The notes under the pieces are model-generated. The model was not told the DNA's origin, searched no databases, and saw only the letters and a list, made by a program, of their open reading frames with translations. A program made the position numbers and the translations under genes. Below are positions 1-9,066 of a stretch of 30,494 bases of DNA, piece by piece. Within the stretch, counting starts at the first letter, position 1; each line of letters begins with the position of its first letter. The stretch is from Bacillota bacterium (GTDB lineage Bacteria; Bacillota; Clostridia; Peptostreptococcales; Anaerovoracaceae), in assembly GCA_017523605.1 (NCBI GenBank), contig JAFWVZ010000092.1, forward strand, positions 1 through 30,494, in the 5' to 3' direction.

Positions 1-516
1 CTTCTTTGATGTGCCCGGAGCCGCGCCTGTGCCGTGGCAGGTCTCGCACTCGACGTTCTTGGTGAGGTTGATCTTTTTGGTCGTGCCGAACACAGCCTCT
101 TTGAAGCTGATGTTCATGTGCTTTTCTATATCGCGGCCCTTGCGCGGGGCGTTCGCGGACTGGGTGTAGCCGCCGAAGCCGCTTCCCCCGAAGCCGCCGA
201 ACATGTTGAAGATGTCTTCAAATCCGCCGAAGCCCGTCCCTCCGAAGCCGCCGAAGCCGCCCTGGCCTCCGCCGAAGCCTGCGTTCGGATCCACGCCGGC
301 GAAGCCGAAGCGGTCGTATTTCTCCTTCTTATCAGGGTCGGAGAGCACTGAATAAGCCTCGTTGATCTCCTTGAACTTTTCTTCGGCAGACTTATCACCC
401 GGATTACGGTCCGGGTGATATTTCATGGCCATCTTTCTGAAGGCTGATTTTATCTCATCTTCCGAGGCGCCCTTCTTTAATCCGAGCACCTCGTAGTAAT
501 CTCTTTTATCGGCCAT
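1..516 (-). CDS. dnaJ: Chaperone DnaJ, N-terminal 172 codons (3' end runs off the window)
   Basis: Not in the ORF track; manual translation from ATG at 516 gives [41 protein letters not shown] (J-domain with HPD), a G/F-rich region, then the first zinc-finger repeat [16 protein letters not shown] upstream; follows dnaK. Confidence 0.97.
   Translation of the reverse strand, partial: MADKRDYYEVLGLKKGASEDEIKSAFRKMAMKYHPDRNPGDKSAEEKFKEINEAYSVLSDPDKKEKYDRFGFAGVDPNAGFGGGQGGFGGFGGTGFGGFEDIFNMFGGFGGSGFGGYTQSANAPRKGRDIEKHMNISFKEAVFGTTKKINLTKNVECETCHGTGAAPGTSKK
169..309 (-). repeat. Low-complexity TTCGGC/GGC repeats encoding the DnaJ G/F-rich linker
   Basis: Repeated gccgaagcc on + strand; translates [47 protein letters not shown]. 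Confidence 0.85.
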
Positions 517-609
517 ATAAGTGGCTCCTTAACATAATGCATATTACGGTGTATGAGCTTTCAGAGAGCTGGCAACTGTCAGTCTCCCGCCTCAGAGCCC
601 TAGCGCCGC

Positions 610-2547
610 CTACTTGTCGTCGTCGACGACCTCGAAGTCAGCGTCCACTACGTTGTCGTCTCCGCCCTTCTGTCCGGCTCCGCCCATATTTCCGGGATTA
701 AAGCCGCCCATGTTCGGGTCAAATCCGGCTCCGCCCATGTTTCCGGGGTTAAAGCCTGCGCCGCCCATGTTCGGGTCGAAGCCCGCTCCGCCGTTCTGCG
801 CGTTCTGCTGAGCGGCCTGCTCGTAGAGCTTAGTGGAGATGGTGTGGAACTCGTTGGTCAGAGCCTCGAGCTTTGTCTTGAGCTCCTCTACGGTGCCGTT
901 TTCGAGGGTCCTCTGCAGCTCGTCCTTGGCCGCGTTGATCCTGGAGACCTCGTCCGCCGAGAGCTTGCCCTCGAGGGTCTTGAGGTTCTTGTCGGTCTCG
1001 TAGATCAGGGTCTCGGCCTGGTTCCTGAGCTCGGTCTCCTCCTTCTTGGCCTTGTCGGCGGCGGCGTACTGCTCCGCTTCCTTGACCTTCTGCTGTATCT
1101 CCTCGTCAGAGAGCTTGTTGGAGGAGGTTATGGTTATGTGCTGCTCCTTGCCGGTGCCGAGGTCCTTGGCGCTGACGTTGACTATGCCGTTGGCATCGAT
1201 GTCGAACGTTACCTCGATCTGAGGAACGCCTCTCCTGGCCGGCGGAATGCCTGTCAGCTGGAAGCGGCCAAGCGTGATGTTGTCCGCAGCCATGGGACGC
1301 TCGCCCTGCATTACGTGAATGTCTACTGCGGTCTGGTTATCCGCCGCGGTGGAGAATATCTGGCTCTTCTTGGTCGGGATGGTAGTGTTCCTCTCGATCA
1401 GTCTGGTGGCTACGCCGCCCAGAGTCTCTATGGACAGAGACAGCGGAGTTACATCCAGAAGCAGTATGTCGTTTACCTCGCCGGTAAGAACGCCTGCCTG
1501 AATAGCTGCGCCTACTGCTACGCACTCATCCGGGTTGATACCCTTGAACGGCTCCTTGCCGGTCACCTGCTTAACAGCTTCCTGTACCGCGGGGATACGT
1601 GTGGATCCGCCTACCAGTATTACCTTGCTGATGTCCGCGTTGGATACGCCTGCGTCCGCCATTGCCTTTCTCATAGGCTCTATGGTGCGCTGTACAAGGT
1701 GAGCGGTCAGCTGGTCGAACTTGGCTCTGCTAAGATCCATGTTCAGGTGCAGCGGACCCGCCTGGTTTACCGTAATGAACGGCAGGTTGATATTGGTGCT
1801 CTGGCTGGAGGACAGTTCCTTCTTGGCCTTTTCGGCAGCTTCCTTAAGACGCTGCATCGCCATGCGGTCGTTTCTGAGGTCTACGCCGTTCTCCTTGGCG
1901 AACTCGTCCGCCATCCAGTTCATTATTACGTTATCGAAGTCATCGCCGCCCAGCTTGGTATCGCCGTTGGTGGACAGTACTTCGAATACTCCGTCGCCCA
2001 GCTGCAGTATGGATACATCGAATGTTCCGCCGCCCAGGTCGTATACCAAGACCTTGTGGGAGCTTGTATCCTTGTCCAGACCGTAGGCCAGAGCTGCAGC
2101 CGTCGGCTCGTTTACTATTCTCTTAACGTCCAGTCCGGCGATCTTTCCGGCGTCCTTGGTAGCCTGCTTCTGGCTGTCGGAGAAGTAAGCCGGTACGGTT
2201 ATTACAGCCTCTGTAACGGGCTGACCCAGATAGCTCTCGGCATCCGCCTTAAGCTTTGCAAGGATCATAGCGGAGATGTCCTGCGGAGTGTAGGTCTTTC
2301 CGTCTATGCTTACTGTGTAGGACGAACCCATCTGACGCTTGATGGACGAGATGGTCCTGTCCGGATTTGTTATTGCCTGACGCTTTGCGGTCTCGCCCAC
2401 GAGACGCTCGCCGCCTTTGGTGAATCCGACAACGGACGGTGTGGTCCTGTTGCCTTCCGCGTTTGCGATGACTACCGGGTCGCCGCCTTCAAGTACGGCC
2501 ACGCAGCTGTTGGTAGTTCCAAGATCTATTCCTATTACTTTACCCAT
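610..2547 (-). CDS. dnaK: Chaperone DnaK (Hsp70), 645 aa
   Basis: [19 protein letters not shown] and [11 protein letters not shown] Hsp70 signatures; lacks the N-domain insert typical of proteobacterial DnaK; SD GGAGG. Confidence 0.99.
   Translation of the reverse strand: MGKVIGIDLGTTNSCVAVLEGGDPVVIANAEGNRTTPSVVGFTKGGERLVGETAKRQAITNPDRTISSIKRQMGSSYTVSIDGKTYTPQDISAMILAKLKADAESYLGQPVTEAVITVPAYFSDSQKQATKDAGKIAGLDVKRIVNEPTAAALAYGLDKDTSSHKVLVYDLGGGTFDVSILQLGDGVFEVLSTNGDTKLGGDDFDNVIMNWMADEFAKENGVDLRNDRMAMQRLKEAAEKAKKELSSSQSTNINLPFITVNQAGPLHLNMDLSRAKFDQLTAHLVQRTIEPMRKAMADAGVSNADISKVILVGGSTRIPAVQEAVKQVTGKEPFKGINPDECVAVGAAIQAGVLTGEVNDILLLDVTPLSLSIETLGGVATRLIERNTTIPTKKSQIFSTAADNQTAVDIHVMQGERPMAADNITLGRFQLTGIPPARRGVPQIEVTFDIDANGIVNVSAKDLGTGKEQHITITSSNKLSDEEIQQKVKEAEQYAAADKAKKEETELRNQAETLIYETDKNLKTLEGKLSADEVSRINAAKDELQRTLENGTVEELKTKLEALTNEFHTISTKLYEQAAQQNAQNGGAGFDPNMGGAGFNPGNMGGAGFDPNMGGFNPGNMGGAGQKGGDDNVVDADFEVVDDDK
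673..793 (-). repeat. Degenerate tandem repeat in the DnaK C-terminal tail
   Basis: [40 protein letters not shown]; nucleotide unit ccgcccatgttcgggtc recurs at 704 and 761. Confidence 0.9.
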
Positions 2548-2595
2548 CGTTATTTCCTCCTGAGTATCGATATTATTAACCGTTTATATTTGCTC

Positions 2596-2624
2596 GCGCC
2601 TTCGGGGCCCTGCCCCTTAAGCGC
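2596..2624 (-). other. Possible mRNA stem-loop in the grpE-dnaK spacer
   Basis: Minus strand GCGCTT-aa-GGGG caggg CCCC-ga-AGGCGC pairs ~10 bp with an internal loop; no U-tract. Confidence 0.35.
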
Positions 2625-2638
2625 TGCTTATTGACTGT

Positions 2639-3202
2639 TTACTGGCTGACCGCCACCATGGCCGGTCTTATTACCTTGCCGTTAAGAGTGTAGCCTTTCT
2701 GCATCACCCTTGTTACTATGCCGCTCTCTGTACCTTCTACTGCCTCCGTCATTACTGCGTTGTGGAAGTTGGGGTCGAACGGCTCTCCCAGAGCCTTTAT
2801 CTCTTCTACTTTATTCTTTTCCAGTACTCCCTTCAGCTGGACCAGTATCAGTTCCATGCCGTCCGCGAATTTGTCGCCTTCAGGCTTGGCGTCCATGGCC
2901 CTCTCGAAGTTGTCGATCACGTCCAGCAGGCCTTTAGCAAACTTTTCTCCCGCGTAGGCGTACAGATCGGATTTCTCTTTTTCCGTGCGGCGCTTGTAGT
3001 TCTGGAACTCAGCAAAGAGCCTTGAATACCTTTCGGACTCCGCCTCCTGAGCTGCAGCTTCTTTTGCCTCGTCAGCAGGCTTCTCTTCCGAAGCACCTTC
3101 CGTTCCGGCGGTCTGTTCTGCGTCCTCCGCCGCCTGATCCTCTGTTTCGGGAAGTTCTTCTTCAGGAACTTCCTGTTTGTTCATATCTTCATTGTTCGTC
3201 AT
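2639..3202 (-). CDS. grpE: Nucleotide exchange factor GrpE
   Basis: RLFAEFQNYKRRT, FDPNFHNAV, QKGYTLNGKVIRPAMVAV motifs; between hrcA and dnaK; overlaps the hrcA stop by 14 nt; SD GGAGG. Confidence 0.98.
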   Translation of the reverse strand: MTNNEDMNKQEVPEEELPETEDQAAEDAEQTAGTEGASEEKPADEAKEAAAQEAESERYSRLFAEFQNYKRRTEKEKSDLYAYAGEKFAKGLLDVIDNFERAMDAKPEGDKFADGMELILVQLKGVLEKNKVEEIKALGEPFDPNFHNAVMTEAVEGTESGIVTRVMQKGYTLNGKVIRPAMVAVSQ

Positions 3203-4262
3203 TATCTGCTGCCTCCACCGGCTCCGCTTCCTCTGCCGGAGCTTCTATCTCGAAAGTCCTGCTGAGGTTGTCGGTTATGTATTTTATTACGGATGTTACT
3301 TCTCCGTATTTCATTCTCTTGGGCCCTATTACACCCAGCCTTCCGACCAGCTTTCCGTTTACCTTGTAGTCCGCGGTCACCAGCGCGCAGTCCTTAAGAT
3401 CTTCGGAGTTCTCGTCGCCTATAGTTATCGCAAGGCCGTTATCCCTGTTTACCAGCACGTTGGTGAACTGTTCCTTGTTGGTAACGGTCTCCAGGAAGTT
3501 CTGCGCCTTAGCTACGTCGCTGTACTCGGGAAGACGGAATATGTTGCTGTATCCGTCCATGTACAGGTCCACGTTCAGCATCTTCTCCAGCGTCTTCATG
3601 AAGCTGGGGACCACGCTTCCCGCAAGTCCCGACAGCGCCTGCATGTCGCTCTCGAACATGGACGCAATGTTCTCCGTAAGCACCGCGCTTACTGCCTTGC
3701 CCTTAAAGTTATGGGTCATTACCTTGCTCATGAGGGTAAGGTTCTCTTCCGTGTACGGAGCGTTCATCCTTATCGCAGAGTTTGTAACCTTGCCGTCTTC
3801 GCAGACTATCATGAGTACTACGGAGTTCTCGTCCACCGGCAGGAAGTTGATGTAGCTTATCTTGCTCTCGCTGCGGTTCGGCGTTATCGCAAAGCTTACA
3901 AGGTTAGTCATCTCCGACAGTAGCTGAGCCGCATGCTCCACAGTCTGATCAAGCTCGTCCGCGTCCTTGTGCAGACGGTCCGTTATCTCCTGCTTGTTGA
4001 CCTCCGGCAGATCGCTGCCCTGCATAAGCTGGTCCACGTACAGGCGGTAGGCCTTATCCGAAGGCACTCTACCCGCCGATGTGTGCGGATGGGTAAGGTA
4101 TCCCATCTCCTCCAGGTCCGACATCTCGTTTCTGATGGTTGCCGGACTCAGGTCGATGTCCGGACGCTTGGAAAGTGTCCGGCTTCCGACAGGCTCCGAT
4201 GTGGTTATGAAATCCGACACGATAGCCTGCAGTATCTTCAGTTTTCTTTCGTTAAGATCCAT
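3189..4262 (-). CDS. hrcA: Heat-inducible transcription repressor HrcA
   Basis: EPVGSRTL, SPATIRNEMSDLEEMGYL, PHTSAGRVPSDKAYRLYVD, LGVIGPKRMKY; CIRCE directly upstream. Confidence 0.98.
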   Translation of the reverse strand: MDLNERKLKILQAIVSDFITTSEPVGSRTLSKRPDIDLSPATIRNEMSDLEEMGYLTHPHTSAGRVPSDKAYRLYVDQLMQGSDLPEVNKQEITDRLHKDADELDQTVEHAAQLLSEMTNLVSFAITPNRSESKISYINFLPVDENSVVLMIVCEDGKVTNSAIRMNAPYTEENLTLMSKVMTHNFKGKAVSAVLTENIASMFESDMQALSGLAGSVVPSFMKTLEKMLNVDLYMDGYSNIFRLPEYSDVAKAQNFLETVTNKEQFTNVLVNRDNGLAITIGDENSEDLKDCALVTADYKVNGKLVGRLGVIGPKRMKYGEVTSVIKYITDNLSRTFEIEAPAEEAEPVEAADNDEQ

Positions 4263-4307
4263 TATCTTTACCGTTCAGATCCGCTCGATCTGTTGTCTCG
4301 CTCTTTG

Positions 4308-4334
4308 TTAGCACTCTGAGCGAAAGAGTGCTAA
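4308..4334 (-). promoter_or_regulatory. CIRCE operator (HrcA binding site)
   Basis: Perfect TTAGCACTC-N9(tgagcgaaa)-GAGTGCTAA; arms extend to 12 bp (4305-4337). Confidence 0.98.
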
Positions 4335-4345
4335 CAACTGACTAT

Positions 4346-4374
4346 AATATAATCCCCTGCCGACGTTTTGTCAA
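4346..4374 (-). promoter_or_regulatory. Sigma-A promoter of the hrcA-grpE-dnaK-dnaJ operon
   Basis: TTGACA (4374-4369), 17-nt spacer, TATATT (4351-4346), immediately upstream of CIRCE. Confidence 0.85.
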
Positions 4375-4380
4375 CAGGGG
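4354..4380 (-). terminator. Terminator-like hairpin downstream of the LCP gene, overlapping the hrcA -35
   Basis: Minus-strand CCCCTGTTGAC aaaac GTCGGCAGGGG: 11-bp stem with two G-U pairs, followed by AUUAUAUUAU (U-rich, not poly-U). Confidence 0.5.
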
Positions 4381-4458
4381 AATTGTGAAATTGCTGTGTA
4401 GTTAAAGGCGTACTTTCAACGTTTCATGAAGTTCCGCCCGGCTGCAGCGCAGAGTCTT

Positions 4459-5499
4459 TTACTGAGCTACATTGCCGTCCGGCTGGCCGTAGATGAACTC
4501 CTTTATGGCGTTGCTGTTCTTCTGAAGGTCCGGCAGGACTACGGATCTGGTACCGTCTATCATTGCATACTTCCAGCCGCCGTCTATCGGCACACGCAGA
4601 GTCTCGCTTATGGAATAGCTGCTGCCGCCCACCTGGGTAATAAGGCCGAGTATGGTAGCGTTGTTCATATCCGTTGTAAAGCACGGAAGTATCTTGTCTG
4701 CCAGAGAAAGTATGTCCTTGAGAGGCAGTTTCTTGATCTTGTCGAATGCGGCTATCAGGACCTTACGCTGCCTTTCGGTGCGCTCGAAATCTCCCTGGCC
4801 CACGTTGCGAGTCCTTGCATATGCCAGAGTCTGCTCCGGATCCAGAGAGTTTACGCCTTCCTTAAGATGCCAGTGGAAACTGCTGTATGTAGGCTCCGTG
4901 TTAAGATAGTTTGCTTCCTGCTTTGTCAGGGCGATGTCCAGGTTACCGACGGCTGTCATAGCTTCTATGAACGACTCGAAGTTTACTGCTACGTTTCCGT
5001 CTATATGGACGCCGAAGTTCTTTTCCACCACCTCATCCAGAAGCGACATTCCGCCGAAGATGTATGCCGCATTGAGCCTGTTGTTGCTGTAGCCCGGGAT
5101 CTGGACATACATGTCGCGCATAAGGGAAGTGAGCTTGATGTCTTTGGTCTTTGAATTTACGCTGCAGATTATCATTGTATCCGATCTGCCGCGGGAATTA
5201 TCTGCATTAAGATCGTAGCCTATCAGAAGTATGTTCTTTACGTCCGATGCTTTGAACGTATCGATGTCTTCTCCGTTCAAGTCTACGTCGTTAGCGTTTA
5301 TGGCCTCTCCGCCGTTGCTCTCGCCCTGCTCGAAGGTCTCTTCATTCCTGTCGATGCGGTTCTCATTTCCGATACGTTTTATCAGATTCAGTTTTCCGCT
5401 TATTAAAAGCCAGCCGACAAGACCTACGATCGCTATTACAGCAACGAGGCTGATGACAACTTTAGATGCTGTTGACTTTTTCTTTTTTGCTGCACACAT
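4459..5499 (-). CDS. LytR-CpsA-Psr (LCP) family glycopolymer-peptidoglycan ligase, ~346 aa
   Basis: NILLIGYD, RSDTMII, TSLMRDMYVQIPG, RLNAAYIFGG, ALAYAR-like LAYARTR, DFERTERQRKVL; basic N-terminus plus one TM helix. Start moved from 5685 to ATG 5499 (SD GGGAG, own promoter upstream). Confidence 0.92.
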   Translation of the reverse strand: MCAAKKKKSTASKVVISLVAVIAIVGLVGWLLISGKLNLIKRIGNENRIDRNEETFEQGESNGGEAINANDVDLNGEDIDTFKASDVKNILLIGYDLNADNSRGRSDTMIICSVNSKTKDIKLTSLMRDMYVQIPGYSNNRLNAAYIFGGMSLLDEVVEKNFGVHIDGNVAVNFESFIEAMTAVGNLDIALTKQEANYLNTEPTYSSFHWHLKEGVNSLDPEQTLAYARTRNVGQGDFERTERQRKVLIAAFDKIKKLPLKDILSLADKILPCFTTDMNNATILGLITQVGGSSYSISETLRVPIDGGWKYAMIDGTRSVVLPDLQKNSNAIKEFIYGQPDGNVAQ

Positions 5500-5542
5500 T
5501 TTTATTGTATCTCCCTGCCCCCTTTTACTGACAAGTCCAGTT

Positions 5543-5571
5543 ATTATACACTTACCGCAATGTAAAGTCCA
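5543..5571 (-). promoter_or_regulatory. Putative sigma-A promoter of the LCP gene
   Basis: TGGACT (5571-5566), 17 nt, TATAAT (5548-5543). Confidence 0.6.
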
Positions 5572-5698
5572 TAAGGACAGCGTGAATAAATAGTGAAAGA
5601 GTAAAATTTTATACATATGCAGCAGATCGGGCCCCGCATCCCCGAGATGCAAATGATTGCAACGCTTTATGGACATGTGTCGCATTTATTCCGATCGA

Positions 5699-5728
5699 TT
5701 GACGCTCGTGATTTTCCTTTGATATAAT
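5699..5728 (+). promoter_or_regulatory. Putative sigma-A promoter (extended -10) of the MBOAT/AlgJ-like pair
   Basis: TTGACG, 18 nt, TATAAT preceded by TGn. Confidence 0.7.
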
Positions 5729-5795
5729 AAATAATAATTCGTATTTACACAGTCCCGATCGACCGTTAACGCTTTTCTTTTTCGGACGGACAAGT

Positions 5796-7226
5796 ATGGG
5801 CTTTACGGAGATAACATTTCTGTTCATATTTCTGCCTGCGTCGATCCTGCTCTATCTGGCGGCGGACCGGCTGTTTAAGAATGTAAAGATCAGCAATGCG
5901 GTCCTATCCGTATTAAGTCTGGCCTTCTGCTTCTGGACAGACAAAAACTTACTTATCTTTTTGGCATCGCTGATAATCTTTGTGTATCTGGCAGGACTAG
6001 TTCTGAAAACAAAAGGCAGGCATGCGCCGGGGCAAAAAAGGGCTGCGGCCGCTGTTCCTGTCATCGTGCTGACAGCTGTCCTGCTTTTCTTTAAATATGT
6101 GTCCGTCATCTCGTCCTGGATAAACAAAGCCGCTGGCCGCGGCATCATAAGAGCCGCCGACATCATAGTGCCGGCCGGCTTGTCGTTCATCATATTCGGA
6201 TCGATCTCCTACCTTATAGATATATACCGCGGCGATGCTCCAGCCGGGACGCTTCTGGAATGCTGCACTTTCATATCGATGTTCCCCAAGCTGATATCCG
6301 GCCCTATCGTCCTTTGGAAAGACATGAGTAGTCAGTTAACGGAACGGAGCAGCACTGCCGAACAGACAGCATACGGCATGGACCGCATAATAGTCGGATT
6401 AGCCAAAAAAGCTATACTCGCGGACACTTTCGGGGCGCAGATAGCATCCATAAACAGCGGAATTGCAGGCTCAGGAGCGGATGTTCCGACGATGTGGCTC
6501 AGAGCGCTGCTGTATTTCTTCCAATTATATCTTGATTTCTCCGGCTACTCCGACATAGCCATCGGACTTTGCAGCATCTTCGGATTCAGGATCAGGGAGA
6601 ACTTCGATCACCCGTATCTGTCCTGCTCCGTTACGGAGTTCTGGCGCAGATGGCACATATCGCTCGGGATCTGGTTCCGTGAATACGTATATATACCGCT
6701 TGGCGGAAACAGACGCGGAAGCGTCGGCCTTCATCTGATGATAGTGTTCCTTCTTACAGGAATATGGCACGGCAACGGACTGCAGTTTCTTATCTGGGGC
6801 GCAGTTCACGGGATCCTTGTCGCTGCCGAACGGAAGATCCGGGATCATGAATGGTACAAAAAAATTCCCAAGGCTGTAAAATGGGTGCTTACTGCCCTTT
6901 TCGTGCTCCTGGCATGGGTGCTGTTCATGTCAAAAGACCTGCAGTCGGCCGCACAAACATATTCCGGCATGTTCGTCCCCATGTCCCCCGGCGGCGTCGG
7001 ACTAAGCTGGAGATATTATCTTACCAACAGAACGCTGCTGTTCCTTGTCATAGCTGCCGCATCGGAGATCATTGCAGCATCCGGCTTGCGCAGCAGGCTT
7101 AGCCGCCTGTTAGATACGGACGCCGGGACCATCGTAAAACGTATACTTCTGATCATCCTGTTCATGATAGATATTCTTTACATAGTAAACTCCACCTATA
7201 GTCCGTTTATATATTTCCGTTTTTGA
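5796..7226 (+). CDS. MBOAT-family O-acyltransferase (AlgI/PatA/DltB type)
   Basis: FPKLISGPI, QLYLDFSGYSDIAIG, ENFDHPY, EFWRRWHISLGIWFREYVYIPLGGNR, catalytic GIWHG, C-terminal SPFIYFRF; polytopic membrane protein. Confidence 0.93.
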   Translation: MGFTEITFLFIFLPASILLYLAADRLFKNVKISNAVLSVLSLAFCFWTDKNLLIFLASLIIFVYLAGLVLKTKGRHAPGQKRAAAAVPVIVLTAVLLFFKYVSVISSWINKAAGRGIIRAADIIVPAGLSFIIFGSISYLIDIYRGDAPAGTLLECCTFISMFPKLISGPIVLWKDMSSQLTERSSTAEQTAYGMDRIIVGLAKKAILADTFGAQIASINSGIAGSGADVPTMWLRALLYFFQLYLDFSGYSDIAIGLCSIFGFRIRENFDHPYLSCSVTEFWRRWHISLGIWFREYVYIPLGGNRRGSVGLHLMIVFLLTGIWHGNGLQFLIWGAVHGILVAAERKIRDHEWYKKIPKAVKWVLTALFVLLAWVLFMSKDLQSAAQTYSGMFVPMSPGGVGLSWRYYLTNRTLLFLVIAAASEIIAASGLRSRLSRLLDTDAGTIVKRILLIILFMIDILYIVNSTYSPFIYFRF

Positions 7227-7242
7227 TGCAGGGGCGGCAGAC

Positions 7243-9051
7243 ATGAAGAAGATATCAAACATCATATACATTCTGTGCTTTCTGCTGATCCTTGCGGTCC
7301 CTCTGTGCTTTACAGAGACAGCGGAAAACGTCCGGTCCGAGTACGACAACAGGCTTCTGGCCGAGCTGCCGGAAGCAGGCGATGCAGATTTTTCGGGTCG
7401 TTTCGAATCATATCTGCGGGACAGGATAGGTTTCCGCAGCAGAATGATGGACACATTTCAGATCCTTAACGACAGTATCGCGGGAGAACTCACCCACCCC
7501 ATCTATACTTACGGTAAGCAGGGCTATGTCTTCTTCAGGATGCACGATACTATCCGCTACGGCTGGTATCACAAGACATTTGCGGATGCAGTCCTTAAGA
7601 TGAAGGAGTACTGCAACGCCAGAGGCGCGGAATTCTATTTCGTTTTCGACCCGGAAAAGATATCCGTATACAGGCAGTATCTACCCAATGGAGTAAACTA
7701 CGACGACCAATGGGCGGACGAACTTCTGGAATACATGGAGAGCCTCGGAATAAAATGCGTAGACAATAAAACGCTTCTGACGGAACTCAGCAAGGAAGAG
7801 CAAGTATTTAATGTAAAGTATGATGCCGGCCACTGGAACGACCTCGGCTGTTTCTACGCTACTAACAACCTCTGGAGGACCATACACCGGGACTTCCCGG
7901 AAGTTACGGAATATAAAAAAGAAGAATTTGACACCGGTACAGGCATAGGAAAATACCTGGCTTCTTCTCATTTTTCCGTTAACGAAGAGGTCCCTTCTTA
8001 CAGGCTGAAGGCCGGATGGAACGATATTTCATATCAGTACAACGCACTGGATCTTAATAGGAACTATAGTTATTTCCGTTACTACGTGAACAACGCTCCG
8101 GGCTCCGAAGCCCTGCCGAGGATGCTTGTTTTCCAGGGCAGCTATTACAACCGCAGTCCGCAGTTTCTGGCGGGAAGAGCAAAAGAGTACATAGGTGTAC
8201 ACGATTACCAGAACGTGCTGGACCTTGACTATTATTTCAACATCTTCCATCCGGATCTGGTCGTATTCGAGGCCGCGGAATATACTTTCTCCGACACCTA
8301 TTTTGACAGCTCAAGAATGGCCGGTCTGGAATATGCACCAAGCCTTGCCGGGCCCGGGGAAGACAGTTCGACAGCCGCCGCATCGGCGATGGAAAAAGCG
8401 GAAAGGTACGAGCCGGCAGAAGGATCCGACCTGTTCATTCTTCCGAGAGGCGGGTTCGACAAGGTGTATACGGAAGCGGACCTTGCATCGGCAAGATTCG
8501 TCTATCTGCTGACCAGCGGCAGCATTTTCGACATGAAGAAAGACAGATACGGAGTTTTCAGCGCTGGCGTTCCGCACGGGTCCGTGTCGGGATCGCCTTA
8601 CATATACTTTGTCGATGATGACGGCAAGGCATCCTATTTTGCGGTAAACATACAAAACGCGTCGGCATTAGCCGGGCAGAAAGACGGCTTCTCCTATTCC
8701 GAAGGCGCAAGCTACGATGCCCGGGAGTCCCGCTACGAGTTCACCACAAACATAAAAGGCAACCGATTCAGCATGGTCAACATGCAGCTGCTGGATGCTG
8801 AATGGAATTATCTGAATGCTGTCACTTCTGCCTACTGGCAGGGGACATTCAGCGGTGTCTACACGCACGACAGACCGACAGGCAATTACATAATACGCCT
8901 GAAAGGCAATACAAACATAAAAGACGAAGGCATAGATGCCTCCGTCTATCTGGTAAATGGTTCGAAATATTACTATTCCTTCGATGTTCCGCTGCTCTCA
9001 AAGAAGAAGGTCGCGATAAAGGACTATATCTTCTTCGGACCCTGCCCTTAA
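7243..9051 (+). CDS. AlgJ/AlgX/PatB1-like SGNH O-acyltransferase with long C-terminal extension, 602 aa
   Basis: N-terminal TM; DNRLLAELP, ESYLRDRIGFR, GKQGYVFF, PEKISVYRQYLP, DAGHWNDLG (D-x-x-HW), VFQGSYY (G-S nucleophile block); directly follows the MBOAT. Confidence 0.75.
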   Translation: MKKISNIIYILCFLLILAVPLCFTETAENVRSEYDNRLLAELPEAGDADFSGRFESYLRDRIGFRSRMMDTFQILNDSIAGELTHPIYTYGKQGYVFFRMHDTIRYGWYHKTFADAVLKMKEYCNARGAEFYFVFDPEKISVYRQYLPNGVNYDDQWADELLEYMESLGIKCVDNKTLLTELSKEEQVFNVKYDAGHWNDLGCFYATNNLWRTIHRDFPEVTEYKKEEFDTGTGIGKYLASSHFSVNEEVPSYRLKAGWNDISYQYNALDLNRNYSYFRYYVNNAPGSEALPRMLVFQGSYYNRSPQFLAGRAKEYIGVHDYQNVLDLDYYFNIFHPDLVVFEAAEYTFSDTYFDSSRMAGLEYAPSLAGPGEDSSTAAASAMEKAERYEPAEGSDLFILPRGGFDKVYTEADLASARFVYLLTSGSIFDMKKDRYGVFSAGVPHGSVSGSPYIYFVDDDGKASYFAVNIQNASALAGQKDGFSYSEGASYDARESRYEFTTNIKGNRFSMVNMQLLDAEWNYLNAVTSAYWQGTFSGVYTHDRPTGNYIIRLKGNTNIKDEGIDASVYLVNGSKYYYSFDVPLLSKKKVAIKDYIFFGPCP

Positions 9052-9066
9052 GATCTGCCCTTACGG

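Noticed and set aside
555-600. Extended hairpin in the dnaK-dnaJ spacer
   Set aside because: Pairing needs several bulges and mismatches and has no U-tract; not supportable without folding and conservation data.
844-2634. 596-aa + strand ORF antisense to dnaK
   Set aside because: Codon-for-codon shadow of dnaK. Long antisense frames are well known for hsp70 genes and follow from avoidance of TTA/CTA/TCA codons; no SD or recognisable motifs.
5500-5685. 62-aa N-terminal extension of the LCP ORF in the track
   Set aside because: Overlaps the gene's own promoter; ATG 5499 has an SD and gives the typical basic-then-TM start.
5796-7226. MBOAT as DltB of a D-alanylation system
   Set aside because: No dltA, dltC or dltD-like neighbours; the partner has AlgJ/X-type motifs.
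2608-9050. CCCTGCCC recurring at 2608, 5513 and 9040 as a shared regulatory motif
   Set aside because: Each copy has a separate explanation (hairpin, SD region, gene end), and a GC-rich 8-mer can recur by chance in 30 kb.
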